A DNA stretch of 64,000 nt, taken from assembly GCA_001643675.2 (NCBI GenBank), contig LSRY02000059.1:310001-374000 (forward strand). Reading direction: 5' to 3'. The position numbers were made by a program, and so were the translations under genes. Every line of letters begins with the position of its first letter. Positions within the stretch are counted from its first letter, which is position 1. Of the stretch, positions 14,527-27,793 are shown one piece after another. The notes under the pieces were generated by a model, which was not told where the DNA came from, did not search any database, and worked only from the letters and a program-made list of their open reading frames with translations. The DNA is from Monocercomonoides exilis PA203. Its lineage: Eukaryota; Protista; Preaxostyla.

Positions 14527-15154
14527 ATGATTGAGTTTTTGGTATTTTGTGAGCTTATACAGATAGGTATATTTTATAATTGATTAATTACATATATCTT
14601 ATATAATTACATTTAAACAAACCACATGGTATTTACAATTCTTATTTTTCGATATTAATAAAAGGCTGCTCAATAAATTGCACTTTACAACAAGATAAGA
14701 GTAGCTGTGTAAAATCAAGATTTTGCATTTGGTGTAAAGCTGCAGTTTCAGTTTGTTTTCAATTATTTTTGAAAATTACTATATAATTTATAACAAAATA
14801 AAAAATAAATCTATTTTTTTGTTATCCAAAACAATTTTTGACCTTTCCTTAGAAATTGGATCCTGCATCGCCTCGTGCTCCATTGTGCCTTGATGGTATT
14901 GCAGTTAATTTCTTTTATTTGATTTTTATTTTTTGCTTATTCATTGAAAAATTTCAATTGCAGGAGGACAATATGGAGCTGATACCGGAGATAACATGAA
15001 TTACAAATGCGATTATAAGGAAAGCTTATGGCTCTCAGAATCAATCACATTACCTATTTTTGTGTTGATAACAGTTTTAGTATTCTTCGGTGGATTTGCC
15101 ATTTGCGAAGGCATACTGCTGTTTGTATGCATGAAATGCAAAAAGAAGAAATAA
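14527..15154 (+). CDS. Small type-I membrane protein with PSI-like Cys domain (119 aa, 4 exons; absent from ORF track)
   Basis: Exons 14527-14566, 14665-14750, 14853-14895, 14964-15154 splice in compatible phases to MIEFLVFCELIQIGCSINCTLQQDKSSCVKSRFCIWCKAAVSKLDPASPRAPLCLDGGQYGADTGDNMNYKCDYKESLWLSESITLPIFVLITVLVFFGGFAICEGILLFVCMKCKKKK*. Confidence 0.75.
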
Positions 15155-15426
15155 TACATCATTTCAAGTAACTTATTAAACTCAAAAGTCGATATATGTT
15201 TTTTTTTTGAATTTGTTAAATTTTTTTATTTTGATTTTCTTCATCTTCTCATTAAAATACTTTGAAAACACGCTACGAATTGAGAGATTTTCACCTTGGT
15301 TAATTATATCACATATTATTGAAAAATACTCCAAAGTATTTTGTGTGATCCGACCACCCGAAAGAAAAAGTTGATTAATATTGAGAGATAAAAATTTAAA
15401 GAAGATTTGATTCCAAACGATATCAA

Positions 15427-18400
15427 ATGGAATCAGTTGAAAAAGCATTTCAGGAAGGAAAAGTTTGCCTTGGAATTGAATGTTTTTAGATTCAGTGTAT
15501 TTTCACTTTAGATGCTTTTCCACGATATGGTTCAATTGGAATGTGGAAAGCTTAGCAAAGATTATGACACTTGCTTGACACAACTCCATGATGTATCAAA
15601 GGTTGTTCATTTAAAATTTCGTCATTTTTTCTTTTTTAAACTTTGAAAAATATCAAAATTCAAAAAAATCGATTAATATTCCTTGATTTCCATTTTTCAC
15701 TCTACGAATTAATTGGAATGGCTTATAGGAACTGAAGGATCTTGAACAACGATGTTCAGATCTGCACATGCCAGAGAAGAGACGCATATACTTTTTATTC
15801 ATTGCTTTGATGAGCGACTTAAACGATTGTTTACAGAGGCTTCATGACGTTTCTGAACGGAAAGTGACTCAGGGATATTTATTATTGGATTCTGAAATTG
15901 AATTCATAAGTGTTTGTTGAATTCCTTTCCATTGCTTTTATTTTATTAAACTATTCCTTCTTCGTTTTCATCAAAAAATGTTCTACTTTTCTTTTTTAAA
16001 ACTTCATATGATTTTCCTTTTTTTTATGATTCACTTGAAATTTTTATTTACTAATTATTTCTCTTTTGAAAAAAAAAATCTAATTACATTCGTTATTTCA
16101 GGACTTATCTGATTTGTACACGTTTTTTGAACAAGATTTATTTCCACACTTAGCTATCGAGCCAAGCTCCCTATGGATAAATGACATAACATTAGCCAAA
16201 GCCCCGGAAAGAGGGCTTGGTGTGGTGAGCCTATCGCTTCAGAAGGAGATTCTGCAGCAGGCCAGGAAGAGCATCATGGACGGGATTGTGAAGAAGGAGG
16301 TGGCACTGTGCACTCCACAGAGCATGGAGCTGGAGGAGATTCGGCACATGTTTTTCCGGCAGCAGGAGCGGGTGCTGCGCTGCGGGCTGTGTGTGCAGCC
16401 GCGCTCGGTGGTGTTTCTGGCGTCTGTGTTGTGTGTGGTGGTGCTGACGAACCATCGGCTGCTGGTGCTGTCGATGCAGAAGGAGCTGCTCCACTCGATA
16501 GAGCTCAGCTGGATTGCAGATGTGAAGGTGAAGGACAAAGGAAGAAGGAAGGAGAAGGAGAAGGAGAAGGAGAAAGAAAGGGAGAAGGAGAGGGAGAAGA
16601 ATGAGGCAGAAAAGGAAAGAGAGAGAGAGAAAGACGAAGTAGTAGAAACGAACCAGTTTGTGGTGTTTCTGCGAGGAAACGAAGAGAAGCCATTTTATTC
16701 GCTGGATGCAGTTCACTGGGCGAAGGACATCGGAACAGCTGCGCGCTTCTTTGCAGGGCTGATCAAAACATCTGCGCTGGCGGACTCAATCGGAAGAGGA
16801 ATGACCTCTCAGCTGTCTGGATCGCGTGCTCTGCAGTCGACCTCCCTCTCTGCCAGCTCTCTCTCTGCATATCCTTCTTCCACATTCCAGTCGCAGCAGT
16901 CGTTCTCTTCGCCTTATGGTACTTCCCTCTCTGCCTCTCCCACAGCCACACCGCAGCCAGGCAGCTCAGCCACCTCTTCCTTCTCTTCAGTCACCACTCG
17001 CTCTTCTGGCGAGTCCGGCCGCCTCGAAAAGGGCAGCGAGTTCGACCCTTCTTCCGTCCGCTCACCTCTTCCTTCTCTTGGCGTGTCTATCAAATGCTTC
17101 CCTTCTTCGATGCTGTCACCGGCGCCTTCTTCTCCAGTGCCTGGCTCACTCGCTGGCGCTGGGATGGATTCTGGAATGCCTTCTATTTCACCGCTTCAGA
17201 CATCGTTTGTGCCATCTGCACAGAAGGACAACGAGCCGTATCCGTTGAGCTCTTCATCGCCCCTTGCCATTTATGCCATGTCGCCTTCAGGAGCATCATT
17301 ATCCCTGGCGCCTGGCTCACCTACACTGGGACAGGCAGCCTACAGCCACCAAATAGCAAGTGCTGGAGCTGGCTCCTCACACGCATCGTTGTGTGGAGTA
17401 GCGCTGCATGGCGGAAGTGCTCAGAGAGAGGCGTGGATGCCGCAGGTGGCAGCAGCAGCGATGGACAGTGTTTCGCTGCGGGATGCGCCGTGGATGCTGC
17501 ACTTGTACATCGGCCGTGCAGACAACTTGTCAGCCACGTGTGCCCGACTGGGCATTCTGACGGGAGGAGTGAGGCTGTCCGTGTCTGTGGGGAGCCCGCT
17601 GAACTACCAGCACATCCGCCCGCACCTCATCCGCCGCTCAGCCGCCAGCCGCAACATCGCCTCGCCCCTCTTCGACGCTGCAATGGGCTTCCCGTTCTGT
17701 GCTGAGTCTGAGCCATTTGTGGAGGTGAGGCTGTTTGCAGAAGCGGGGTTGACAAAGAACGAGAAAGGGATTGGGATTGTGCGGGTGAGCTGTCTGGAGC
17801 TGTTCCTCTCGCCCAGCCACATGATTGATGGCTGGTTCGACATCGACCTCAGAGACACGAATGCCCTGCGCCCTATCATTTCTTCCCCTGCCATCGCTAT
17901 TTCTCGAAACCCTCTTGCACCGCCACAATATCAGAACAAAATGCATTCAGCTTCTGCTTCTTCTGGAAGAGAGCACGATTCAATGGGAATATCATTGCAA
18001 GGCAATGCTGCAGTTGGAGTGGCTTCTCATCCATTTGGCAATAATTCTGATGAAATGCAGCAAATTAAGCAGCAGCAGCAGAAACAACAACAACAAGAAG
18101 GAGACAAAGAGAAGAGCGAGAAGGAGAAAGAGAAAGAGAAAGAGCAAGACATGGCGAGGCGAAGAGAGCAGGCGAAGCGGAAGAGGATGATCGAGCGAGA
18201 AGAAGTCCCGCGTCTGCCAGCTGCAACAGCCGCGGAAGGCGGAGGATTTGACGATGTGGATGGGCGAGGGGACGAGTGGACGCAGATGCTGATGGGGCGG
18301 GTGGTGCCAGCGCGTGTGTATTTGCGGATGACGCTGTATGGGATGAGTGGGTGTGGGGTGCCTGATGCACTGGGCCTGCCGCTGCCTGGGCTGAGCACGC

Positions 18401-19405
18401 TGAAGGTGTTCCAGGTGAGGGAGGGGGTGCCTGTGGTGCTTGGAGGGGCAGCGATGGAGATTGCAGGGCTGATACACACAGACAGCGCAGATGATGGGAA
18501 GGCAGCAGAGAGAGAGTTTTTGAGGGAGAAAGAGGCAGAGAAGGCGAGGCAGGCACAGAAGGAGAGAGAGAAGGAGAGAGAACTCGAGGCAAGCAAAGAG
18601 AAGACACCAGAGTTGATGAGTCAAGGAGGAGTGAATGAGCAGCAGGAGACGGAGATTGTTGAGCCAAAGCGGCTGGGCGGAAACACAACAGGAGTGGTGA
18701 GACTGATCGATGTTGCGTCTCAAAGAACTTTGTTTTCACTCAAAAAGGTTTGAATTCTCTTTCTCTCTCTTTCTCTTTTAAAGTGACATTATTTAATTCT
18801 TGTTTTCCCTAAACATTTCTTATTTACATTAAACTTTTCAACAATATCTATCCTTTCATTTGTTCAGGCTGGGATGTTCAAGAAGGAGTATGAAGTGTAT
18901 GACAGAAAAGGCTATCTGTTTGCACGATGCTATCACAAACTGAAGACAATGAAGAAGAGAAAGATTCGAATGTTTCTCGAAGGCGGGGAGATGCTCTTTT
19001 CGATGAGTGGTTTGTTGCTAATTTTCTTATTTCACATTTATTATTTTCATATTTATCTCATTTACTTATGTTTTTGATTCATTACTCGACACAATTTATT
19101 TCTCTCTCTCTTTTTCCTCTCTTTATCTTTCTCATAAATCCTCAAACGCAATAAAACATAACATTTCATTTCTCTTCATTTCCAAACACTTTCACTGAAT
19201 CATTTTCATTGCGAATATTCCAGGTGAGTTTCAGAACGAAGTGTGGATTGAGGATTTTCTTGGGAGGCGTGTTGCGTCTGTTGTTGTTGGCGAAGGAGGG
19301 AAAAGCGAAAGCAGCGGACGAGTTGTGACAATCAACGTCAGCCAGCCAAACATCGACTCTTCTCTGGCACTCATCTTCACCATTTATGTAATGCTCACTT
19401 CTTGA
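15427..19405 (+). CDS. Multi-domain protein: PH-like + C2 + LURP-one-related/Tubby-C-like domain, multi-exon
   Basis: PH-like VVVLTNHRLLVL...SIELSWIADV...HWAKDI. C2-like LHLYIGRADNL...SPLFD..MGFP..VEVRLF..KGIGIVRV..DGWFDI. C-terminal VRLIDVASQRTLFSLKK|AGMFKKEYEVYD...LFSMSG|EF..WIEDFLGRRVASV...INVSQPNIDSSLALIFTIYV resembles LOR. Confidence 0.6.
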
Positions 19406-20426
19406 GACTGACAAAGTGCTTTGACTTCATCATTTACTCACATTATCACTTGCTGGTTGTGCTTTAATAAAGATTTATGATGATGGATTTGATGAAATTC
19501 AATATCATTTGGACAACTTTATCAATTTGAGATCCTTTTCAAGGAGACATACGTGCACTTGCTTGCAAAGCAAAGGTGAAACATAGTTCTCTAAATACTT
19601 TTCTTGATATTACAGCTAGACACACATAATGATTGCAATGAGAAGATTTAAGGATGACACAAAAATCTTAAGCGCAAAAAAGAAAACAAAATTAAAAAGA
19701 AATACGAATTCGAAACTGCAGAATGCAAAACTGATGAAGCAAGATAGCATTTTGATGTATTTCTCGCCCTACATTCTTTGTACTGATGACAACACTATTG
19801 AGAAGGAAGGAATAATGAAGCAATATGTTAATGGAAGGATAATAGCATAGAAAACAAAAAGAATAGAAGAGGAACAGAATGAATGGAGAAAAGAAGATCT
19901 TATTAGCAAATTCAATCTGCAGATCCAACAGTCATTTCCCATCAACCAATGAACATTATGAAATATTCATATAAAAATTTAGATAAGATGCTACATAAAA
20001 GATAGTATTTTTGCTTGATGCCATTCGACTTTTATTTACCAAATAGCGGGAATAACCTGACTCAACAGAGACGGGACAATGCCTTCATCACTTGTTTGAT
20101 GATTGGTTAACATTTCTTTTCCATTGGCTTCTTTGTTATGGATTTGATTTTTTTAGACTTTTTGACTTTTTCAAATGTTTTATTAATTTTACAAAATCAT
20201 TTCTGGCTTAATTGCAAGATTGTTCGATTTTTTTTTTTCAGAATTTTATTTATTTAAAGGAAATTTAGCTTCAACGAAAGAGAATTGAATTTAGCACATA
20301 GAATTATTTCTATTACCTGAAAATGCAAAAAGTTAATTCATCTTCTGATGTTATCAAACCATTTCAACTTCTGCAATATCTTTTACGTAAAGATTTTTTT
20401 GACATTAATTAATGTGTTTTCAAGAA

Positions 20427-20470
20427 CAAAAAAAAAAAAAAAAAAAAAAAAAAAGAAAAAGAAAAAGAAA
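20427..20470. repeat. Poly(A) tract followed by (GAAAAA)n
   Basis: Run of more than 25 A then gaaaaa repeats in intergenic DNA. Confidence 0.9.
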
Positions 20471-21123
20471 AATTTTTTTTTTCAATTCATGCTTTTTTCT
20501 TCATCATTCCAAACCTATAAAAAATAAAACTGAGAATTATTAGAATTACTCAGTTTAATTATTCCTTTTTCATAAAATATGTTCAACTTCAAGCATATTT
20601 TGTTCTCATTGAAAAACTTTCAAGAATCTTGTATGTAAAAGAATATCATACACACACATACACACAGAAATAAACTTGAAACTTCAAAAATATAATTTCA
20701 TTGAAGAAAATTATTAAACATATTTTGATCTCCCCCACAAGAAAATTATTAATGATTTCTCAGTTTAATATTCTTTTTTTCTCATTCATTTTGGCTTATA
20801 TCACTTTCCCATAAGTATGAAACGTATTGAATGCTTCTTTTCGCTTCGAAGATAATATTACAAAAAGAAATGAGCTCAAAATGAGGAGTATTAGAAATAA
20901 TATTTCAACTTCCATTTCTCAGATTAATTAAGCAGAATACAGAGATGAATTTATATGGAAAAATTATAAAATCAAGTGAAATAAGAGGAGCAACAGCCAA
21001 TAAAAATTTAATTGAATATTAGTGGTTTCCGAAGTTAAAGTGATTTGATCTGAGCCGTAATTTGCGTGAAATAGGATCATCCCTCAATCTTGTTCATTAA
21101 CACAGGATCATTAAAGCACAACA

Positions 21124-22811
21124 ATGTTGAAGATTGTTATGTTTATATTAAGTGTCGCTGTGGCGGAGGAATTTGAGGAATTGGATGACGAAAGCATCGA
21201 ATTAATTGAATTTCTTGATGGAATTACCCGTCGAAGAGATCTTGACCCAGTGGTTCTCGTTCCTGGTCTTGCAGGATCTCATTTAGAGTACAGAAATAGA
21301 ACAGGAACAAAGTGGAACACATTATGGTTGAACTTTGGTCGAACTTTGCCTGGATTATGGCAAGCATACAAGAAGGTCTTGCAGGTAAATTATGATCCAG
21401 TAACAGAAACTTACTCTTCAAACCCAAATATCGTAACACGCCCAGTTGATTATGGAGGACTTAAAGTCTGAATCTTTTCTCTTCTTTTTGTTTTAGTGCA
21501 ATTGCCTATTGGCTTACGTGCTTTTTCAACTTTATTGGTGATTAAGGGTGTTGACTATTTGGATCCTGTGGTAAAGACAGTCACAAAGATGTATCATCCC
21601 CTCATTAGAACTCTTCAAGAGACTGGCTATGAAGAAGGGAAAAATCTTTTTGGTGCACCTGTTTGATCGCTTTTGTTGAAGTTATTTTAATTATGAAAAC
21701 ATTCCTGCAAATTTACTTTCCTAACCCATATTTATAATTTTGTGAATGAATTTTGCTTTATTTTTAAAAGTATGATTGGAGACTTGCAAATGCAAAACAG
21801 GTGATGTCCAACGGGATGTATGCTCAACTGAAGGATCTGATTGAAAGAGCTTTCTCAATAAACAAAGGAAAGAAAGTGCATGTGATTGGTCATAGCTGCG
21901 GTTTGATTTTTTGGTTAAGCTTAAATCGAAAAATAAAAATTTTGATATAAATCTTTGTGGGTTGTCAACTTAATTGACTTATTTATGTTTTGATGGAATA
22001 ATGCATTGATGAAATCAAAAATATGTAATATACAATTGAAACCAATAATATGTAAATTTAGGTTGCATCTTTTTGAGACAATTTCTGAGTGATTACGTGA
22101 CAAAAGAGTGGAAAGAGAAGCACATTGCAAGCTTTATTTCAACAAGCGGCCCATATTCAGGCTCTGTGGAAGCATTTGCTCATCTTGCTGCCCCTCGCAA
22201 GTGGGTCATCCCAACACTGTCTCCAAATGATGTGCACGAATTGGTGCAGAACTTTGCAGGGATATATTGGATGCTGCCAAACATGAACGCTTTCCCTCCA
22301 TCGAAAGTGGTTGCTCGTATTCCTTCACTGAAAACAGTGATTACTGTGGAGAACATGACAGCAGCATTTGCCACAACAGGAAGGAGGATGAAGCTACAGG
22401 GTGTGGAGATGACTCAGAAACACATCAGCCACATGGAGCCTCCTCGTGTTCCAGTGCACATCTTTGTGTCGAATGGAAAGAGCACCACAAAAGAGGTTAT
22501 TTATGATGGCACAGCCAACAACTGGTGGAAGAAGGCAGGAACTGATGTCATCCAAGACGGAGATGGGACTGTTCCCATTGAGTCGCTTCTTGGTTTGTCT
22601 TTGTTGTCTGATAATAAAGATTCATGTTTTATTTCTTGATTTAATGTATTCAATTGCGTAATTTCTGCACTCCTTTTCAAAAGCACCTACAAAATGGAAG
22701 ACAATGCAGAATGAGCCTGTTGATCTGACTGTCATTCCAAGAGAGTCACACTTGGGAATTGTCGGATCAAAGCAATATCTTCTTGCTGTTCGTGACATCG
22801 TGTCCCGGTAA
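21124..22811 (+). CDS. LCAT / group XV phospholipase A2 family, secreted, 5 exons
   Basis: Signal peptide; PVVLVPGLAGSHLE, FGAP|YDWRL, KKVHVIGHSCG (nucleophile elbow), DGDGTVPIESL, SHLGIV catalytic His. Confidence 0.92.
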
Positions 22812-23763
22812 TATAACCATCAACACTCAATTAAAATTACAATGTATTTGTTTTTGTAATTCAATTAAGCACGCAGCAGGGGATGTTATCTTTGTCATTT
22901 GCTGTGCTAAACAAAAATGTTTTTTGTCATAAAGTTTTTTTATTTTGTTCTTTTTATTGTTTTTTCGATTAACAAGCTGTTGATTCTCCTTGTGAAAGAC
23001 TTTCAAAGTCTGTTTAACGAGTTATTTTTTTTGAAAATGTTTCTGTACACAAAGTTTTATTTAATGGAGATATCAAGATTAATATTGGTTGAAATGCCGA
23101 GTGTTTCTCGATTTTGTTGTTTTTGCTATTTTTATTGTTGACAATTATTTGAAAAACATATTTTGAAACCTGAAATCAAAAAGAAGAAAAGGATTTATCT
23201 TTTTTCATCTTTTGAAACCGGAATTTTCAGACTTATTTTATCAAAATGTTGTTTGATTTTGCAATGGCTCTTTTGAATATGCAACTTTTCCCATCAACAA
23301 GAGTATTCTCTGAATAAACAAAGCAGCATTGCCTCTTTTCGCACTTTTGTCATTCATATTTTTCCTTTTCAGGCTTAGTTTGTAATTTGAAGACGAGAAA
23401 CTTTAACATGAACAGTTCAATAATCCTTGTGTCTATCTCCAAAAGCTCAAAAAAATACACTCCACTCTTTAATAACAAATCAAAGGCCAATTCAAATGAT
23501 AAATTGAAGTACATTCATTGATGTTTCAGGTAATTTCAATGAAAAGAGTGATGTGCTCTTCAAAGTTTCAGAAGACTTTACAATAAAAAAAAAAGAAGAA
23601 ATGAAACAAGCAAAAATCAAACAATAATGTAATGCTAATATCAACAAAAAAATAAGCAACCTAACTTTGGTGTTATATCCCAAATCTCCTTAATGACAAA
23701 CAAACAACATCATTTTCCATTCAACAGAAAGCTTTTCAATGATTTATTATCCTTTTTATTAAT

Positions 23764-26700
23764 TCATGTTGATTTTTTGCTTTTAGAAGCAGTTGCTCTA
23801 ATCGGTTTCTTTTTATCTGATTTTTCTTCTTTTCCATCGATTTCCTTTTTATCCTTCGACTTTACAGTTTTAATGTTCTTTTTTGATCTTTCCTTTGCCT
23901 TTGTCAGATGAGAAGGCTTATCCTTCACAGAAGCATCTGAACTTGTTCTATGAACAGCCGAGGCAGGAGCCGAAGCACCAACCACAAACGAAGAGTCATT
24001 CGCAACAACAGCTGGGCTGACTGCCGATGCTGGCGGGGCAGTCACAGAAGACACTGCCTGCTGCTGAGCTGTCTGTGATCCCTCTGATTGCCCTGTCATT
24101 TGCTCGTCTGAGGAGATGTTGGGTGTGTCTGAGCTGTCTGAGCTGTAAGGAGAAGGCGTAGCTGAAGTAAGAGTGGATGAGGGAAACTGTGCAGGTGTGG
24201 GAGTCGTGGGAGTTACAATGTCAGCAGGTGAAAGAGACGTTCGGGCAGATGCCGCCACGCCAATCGAAGACGATGTCGATGGACGAGTCTGGCTGGAGAA
24301 AGCAATGGCAGGCGAAGGAGTGCGCGAAAGAGGCAGCGAAGATGGCACACTCAGCCGATGCGTTGTTGAGGACGTTTCTGAGTCTTGTCCAGCATCGCTT
24401 GCATCGCTGCTTCCAGACTGAGGCGGAACGGGAGATGGAGGCAAAGACATCGTCGGGTGATATGAAGAGGAAGAAGTCAGCGAAGAGGTCGATGAAATCG
24501 ATGAAGTGGAAGAAGTTGATGAGGAAGAAGAAGAAGAAGATGATGATGCAAAAGAAGGCGCAGAAGAAGCTGAGCGCATCTGTGGGCGAAGTGTAGATCG
24601 GATCGGAGCAAAAAGGGAGAGTCGCTTTGGAGCAGCAGGAAGAGAAGAAGTCGGCAGAATGGAGTGCGTTGTCAGAGAAGAGCTGGATGCTGTTGAAGCA
24701 GAGGAAGTTGAGCCAGCAGTCGGAAGTGTAGCGCTTGTTGACTGAGGAGAAGAGCTCTGCAGAGATGAGAGTGGATGAGCAGTCTGCAAAGGAGCAGAGG
24801 ATGCAGCCGTGGTTGGGTGTGACTGTCCAGAAATAGTCAGAATCAGCCCATTCGACAGAGACGGAGTGGATCCCAATTTCATTCCAGCTGGATTGCTGCT
24901 GGCACTCGAGACAGACGCAGCACTCGAGATTCGACTGGCAGAATTAGACGACTTTCTCTCTTTGATGTCTCGACTGGCCACACCTCCAATTGAACTGCCA
25001 CTCGAACTCTGCTGCGACGCTCCCCCGCTTTTTCTCTGCTCCTGCATCGTCTTTGCCTTCTTCTTCTTCTTCTTTCCGCTTCTCCTCACTCCCTTCGCAT
25101 CAGGCACATCGTCTTCTGTCCCTGTTGCACTGTCATCCTCTGTTCCATCGTCGCTGTCTGGGCGTGCCTTCATATCTGTCTTTCTCGTCATGGGACTCGC
25201 TCCTCGGCTTCCACTACCTCCTCCGCTGCCTCCGTCACCACTTTTTGAATGGAGAAGATGCTTCGAATGGAAAGGCGAAGGTGTTGGCGAAATGTGAGGT
25301 GAAGACGAACTGTTGGAAGTGGACGAAGAGCCAGAAAGCGAACAATAAGAAGCAAATGCAGAAAACGGCTGGATTGCAGATGAAGCAGCAGAAGAGGCAG
25401 TGAATGAGGCTGCTGAAGTTGAAGAAGCTGAAGATAGCGAAGAAGACGAGGTTGAATACGATGACGAATAAGGAGAGCTTGAGTGATATCCCATCGAAGA
25501 AGCACTTGAAGAGCCCAATCTCGGAGACATCATATTCTGCAGCGATGAACAGTCAGAAGCAGCCATCGCCGCTTCGATCTCAGCGAAATGCAGACCAGCC
25601 AGCTCGCGGAACGTGCTGTATATTTCTGACTGGTCGTTGTCCACATAATCCAGAAGCGTCTCCCCAAACGTCGCGCCCATCTCCTCCAAAATGGCTGGTG
25701 TGAAGTGGATGTCTTTGTACTTGCCTGTGTTGCAACCAGCAAACGACGCCTCCATCGTGAACGAGTTCACCAGCCCCATTTCTCGCCATATCACCACCCG
25801 TGCTGCTCCTTCTTTGGACTTCTGCACCCGGAAATCGCAGTCGTCGTAGCTGAATGCAGGTGCACGATGCGACAGCATGCGAGGAAACACCTTCTCTTGC
25901 AGAACAAGACGCGGGTTGTCTTTGTTCTCACAGCCAAAAATGAAAATGTTCTTCTTTCGTGAATGGCCGTGCAAGTCACAATAAAAGATAACTGGGCGGT
26001 CTTCACTGAATTTCTTTATCATCTGCTTGGTGTAGAAAATGGGTGGACTCTGCCTTCGTGTTGGCGCCTGCCATTGTCTGTTCAAGTCGAGTCCATGCAG
26101 ATTGGTACGATGGTTTCCCACAATAACGCCATCTGGATTCAGCATAGGCACAATCTTGAACACGAAATTGTCTCTGAGAATTCTCGCCTCCAAACTTGGG
26201 CCTGTCAGAAAGTCGATCAGCCCCTTCATCATATACGAGGCGTTCGTCTCTCCCGGATGGACCCGTGCAGAGAGCACAATTCCGCGCCTGCGCTTCATTT
26301 GCTCAGCTGTGCCTGTGAATGTTGTGACTGTCAGCAGATCAACAGCGTTGCCTGCGTGCGTCTGGCAGAGAGTTCGCCTTCTTACTACTTCCTTGCGCTG
26401 TGGGTCATGTTCAAGTTCATGCAAATAATTCTGCAAATCACTGTAGCTGTATGGGAAGTGATATGCCAAACAGCAAGTATCTCCAGCACCATAAGGAAAT
26501 TTCACCGAGAAGGTGAGCGTATAAGAAGCTGGCATCTTTTTCTTTGTCTGTGTTGGATAATATGCAATATCTTCTCCAACTCGATGCCATCCGTATCCTT
26601 TTTCTTTGGCTAGCATTTCAGAATACAGTACAGGCTTCATGCCATTGTTGTAAAGAGAATAAGGTTTTAAAAAATTGACGATATTAAATTTATATTTTAC

Positions 26701-27160
26701 ATCTTTCTGAATATTTGTCACTGTAAAGTAGTACCATTGCGTGTGCCCTCTCGTATTTGTATCTAATCTAAGTGTTAAGTCATATTCATACTGATAAACT
26801 TGCACAACTTTTTTCAAATTTCCACATTCGAATCTTGACTCAAATAGAAGTGTTGTGTCATCAGGACCTTCAAGTTGATAAATATATGGGTACATAACGT
26901 TTCCGACGGTCCCCTCATTTTCACTTCCTGGAGGTGGAGGGCTCATCATTACTTTGAAATCTGGGATTTCATATACAACGCGATTAATAAGAGGCTTTGT
27001 TGAAAACCCTCTTTCAAGATCTCTTGCTGCCATTTCAGCATCAAAACCTTCTCTCATTTGAACAATAGGCTCCACATAAGGAACACCATCAGGAATGAGT
27101 ATTGGATGCGCCATCAACGAAGTATTTAAACCAGTTCGAATTGTATCATCATTTTGCCCG
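23764..27160 (-). CDS. Cytosolic carboxypeptidase (AGBL/CCP, M14D tubulin deglutamylase) with long Ser-rich C-terminal tail; 5' end uncertain
   Basis: FESRFECGNL, HTQWYYF, ARVHPGETNAS, PMLNPDGVIVGN, DLNR, DLHGHS, FTMEASF. An AG acceptor near 27163 suggests an upstream exon. Confidence 0.92.
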
Positions 27161-27793
27161 CTCCTGTCATTAAATATCCAAAAAATTTGTTTATTCAAAA
27201 AATAAAAAACGTAATAAAGTTAAAAGGGTATGTTCTAACATTTTTTAAAGACTATTTATCCGTTAGTATTTAAAAAATCAACAAAACAAAATTTTAACTG
27301 TTGAAAAATGTATTGAGGGAGGATCAAGAGATAGATTTAAAATTTTATTCAAATCTTTTTTTGGGCAGGAAAAATATGTTGTTTTTCTCGAAGGATTATT
27401 ACATTTTATTTTTTTTCATTATAAATAATATCATTTGAAAATAATAATATGTCTGTAATTTTAAGAATGAATAACAACTTCAATGGAGTAAAATTCTGTC
27501 ATCTGACAATGCAACTGAAACATCAGCAATATTGTGATATTTTTATTAAAAATTTGAACACCTTTATGAATCAAAAATTTTAGTAGAACTTAAACTAATT
27601 GATTTTTTTGCTTGAATGTTCAAAAGAACACTTTTTCATTGAAAAGAAAAAAATAAACTGAATAACAATCACGAAAAGGATTAAAATGAAACAGTGAATA
27701 GAGACTTATCAACGACTAAGAAAAGTTTACAGAAAAAAGAAAGGGTTAAATGTATTTTTTGAAATGTTAGTATGAAGTGATAATAAAAGTATT

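Noticed and set aside
19500-20210. Possible small spliced gene on the minus strand
   Set aside because: An exon-like stretch near 20039-20130 exists, but no consistent exon chain or recognisable product could be assembled.
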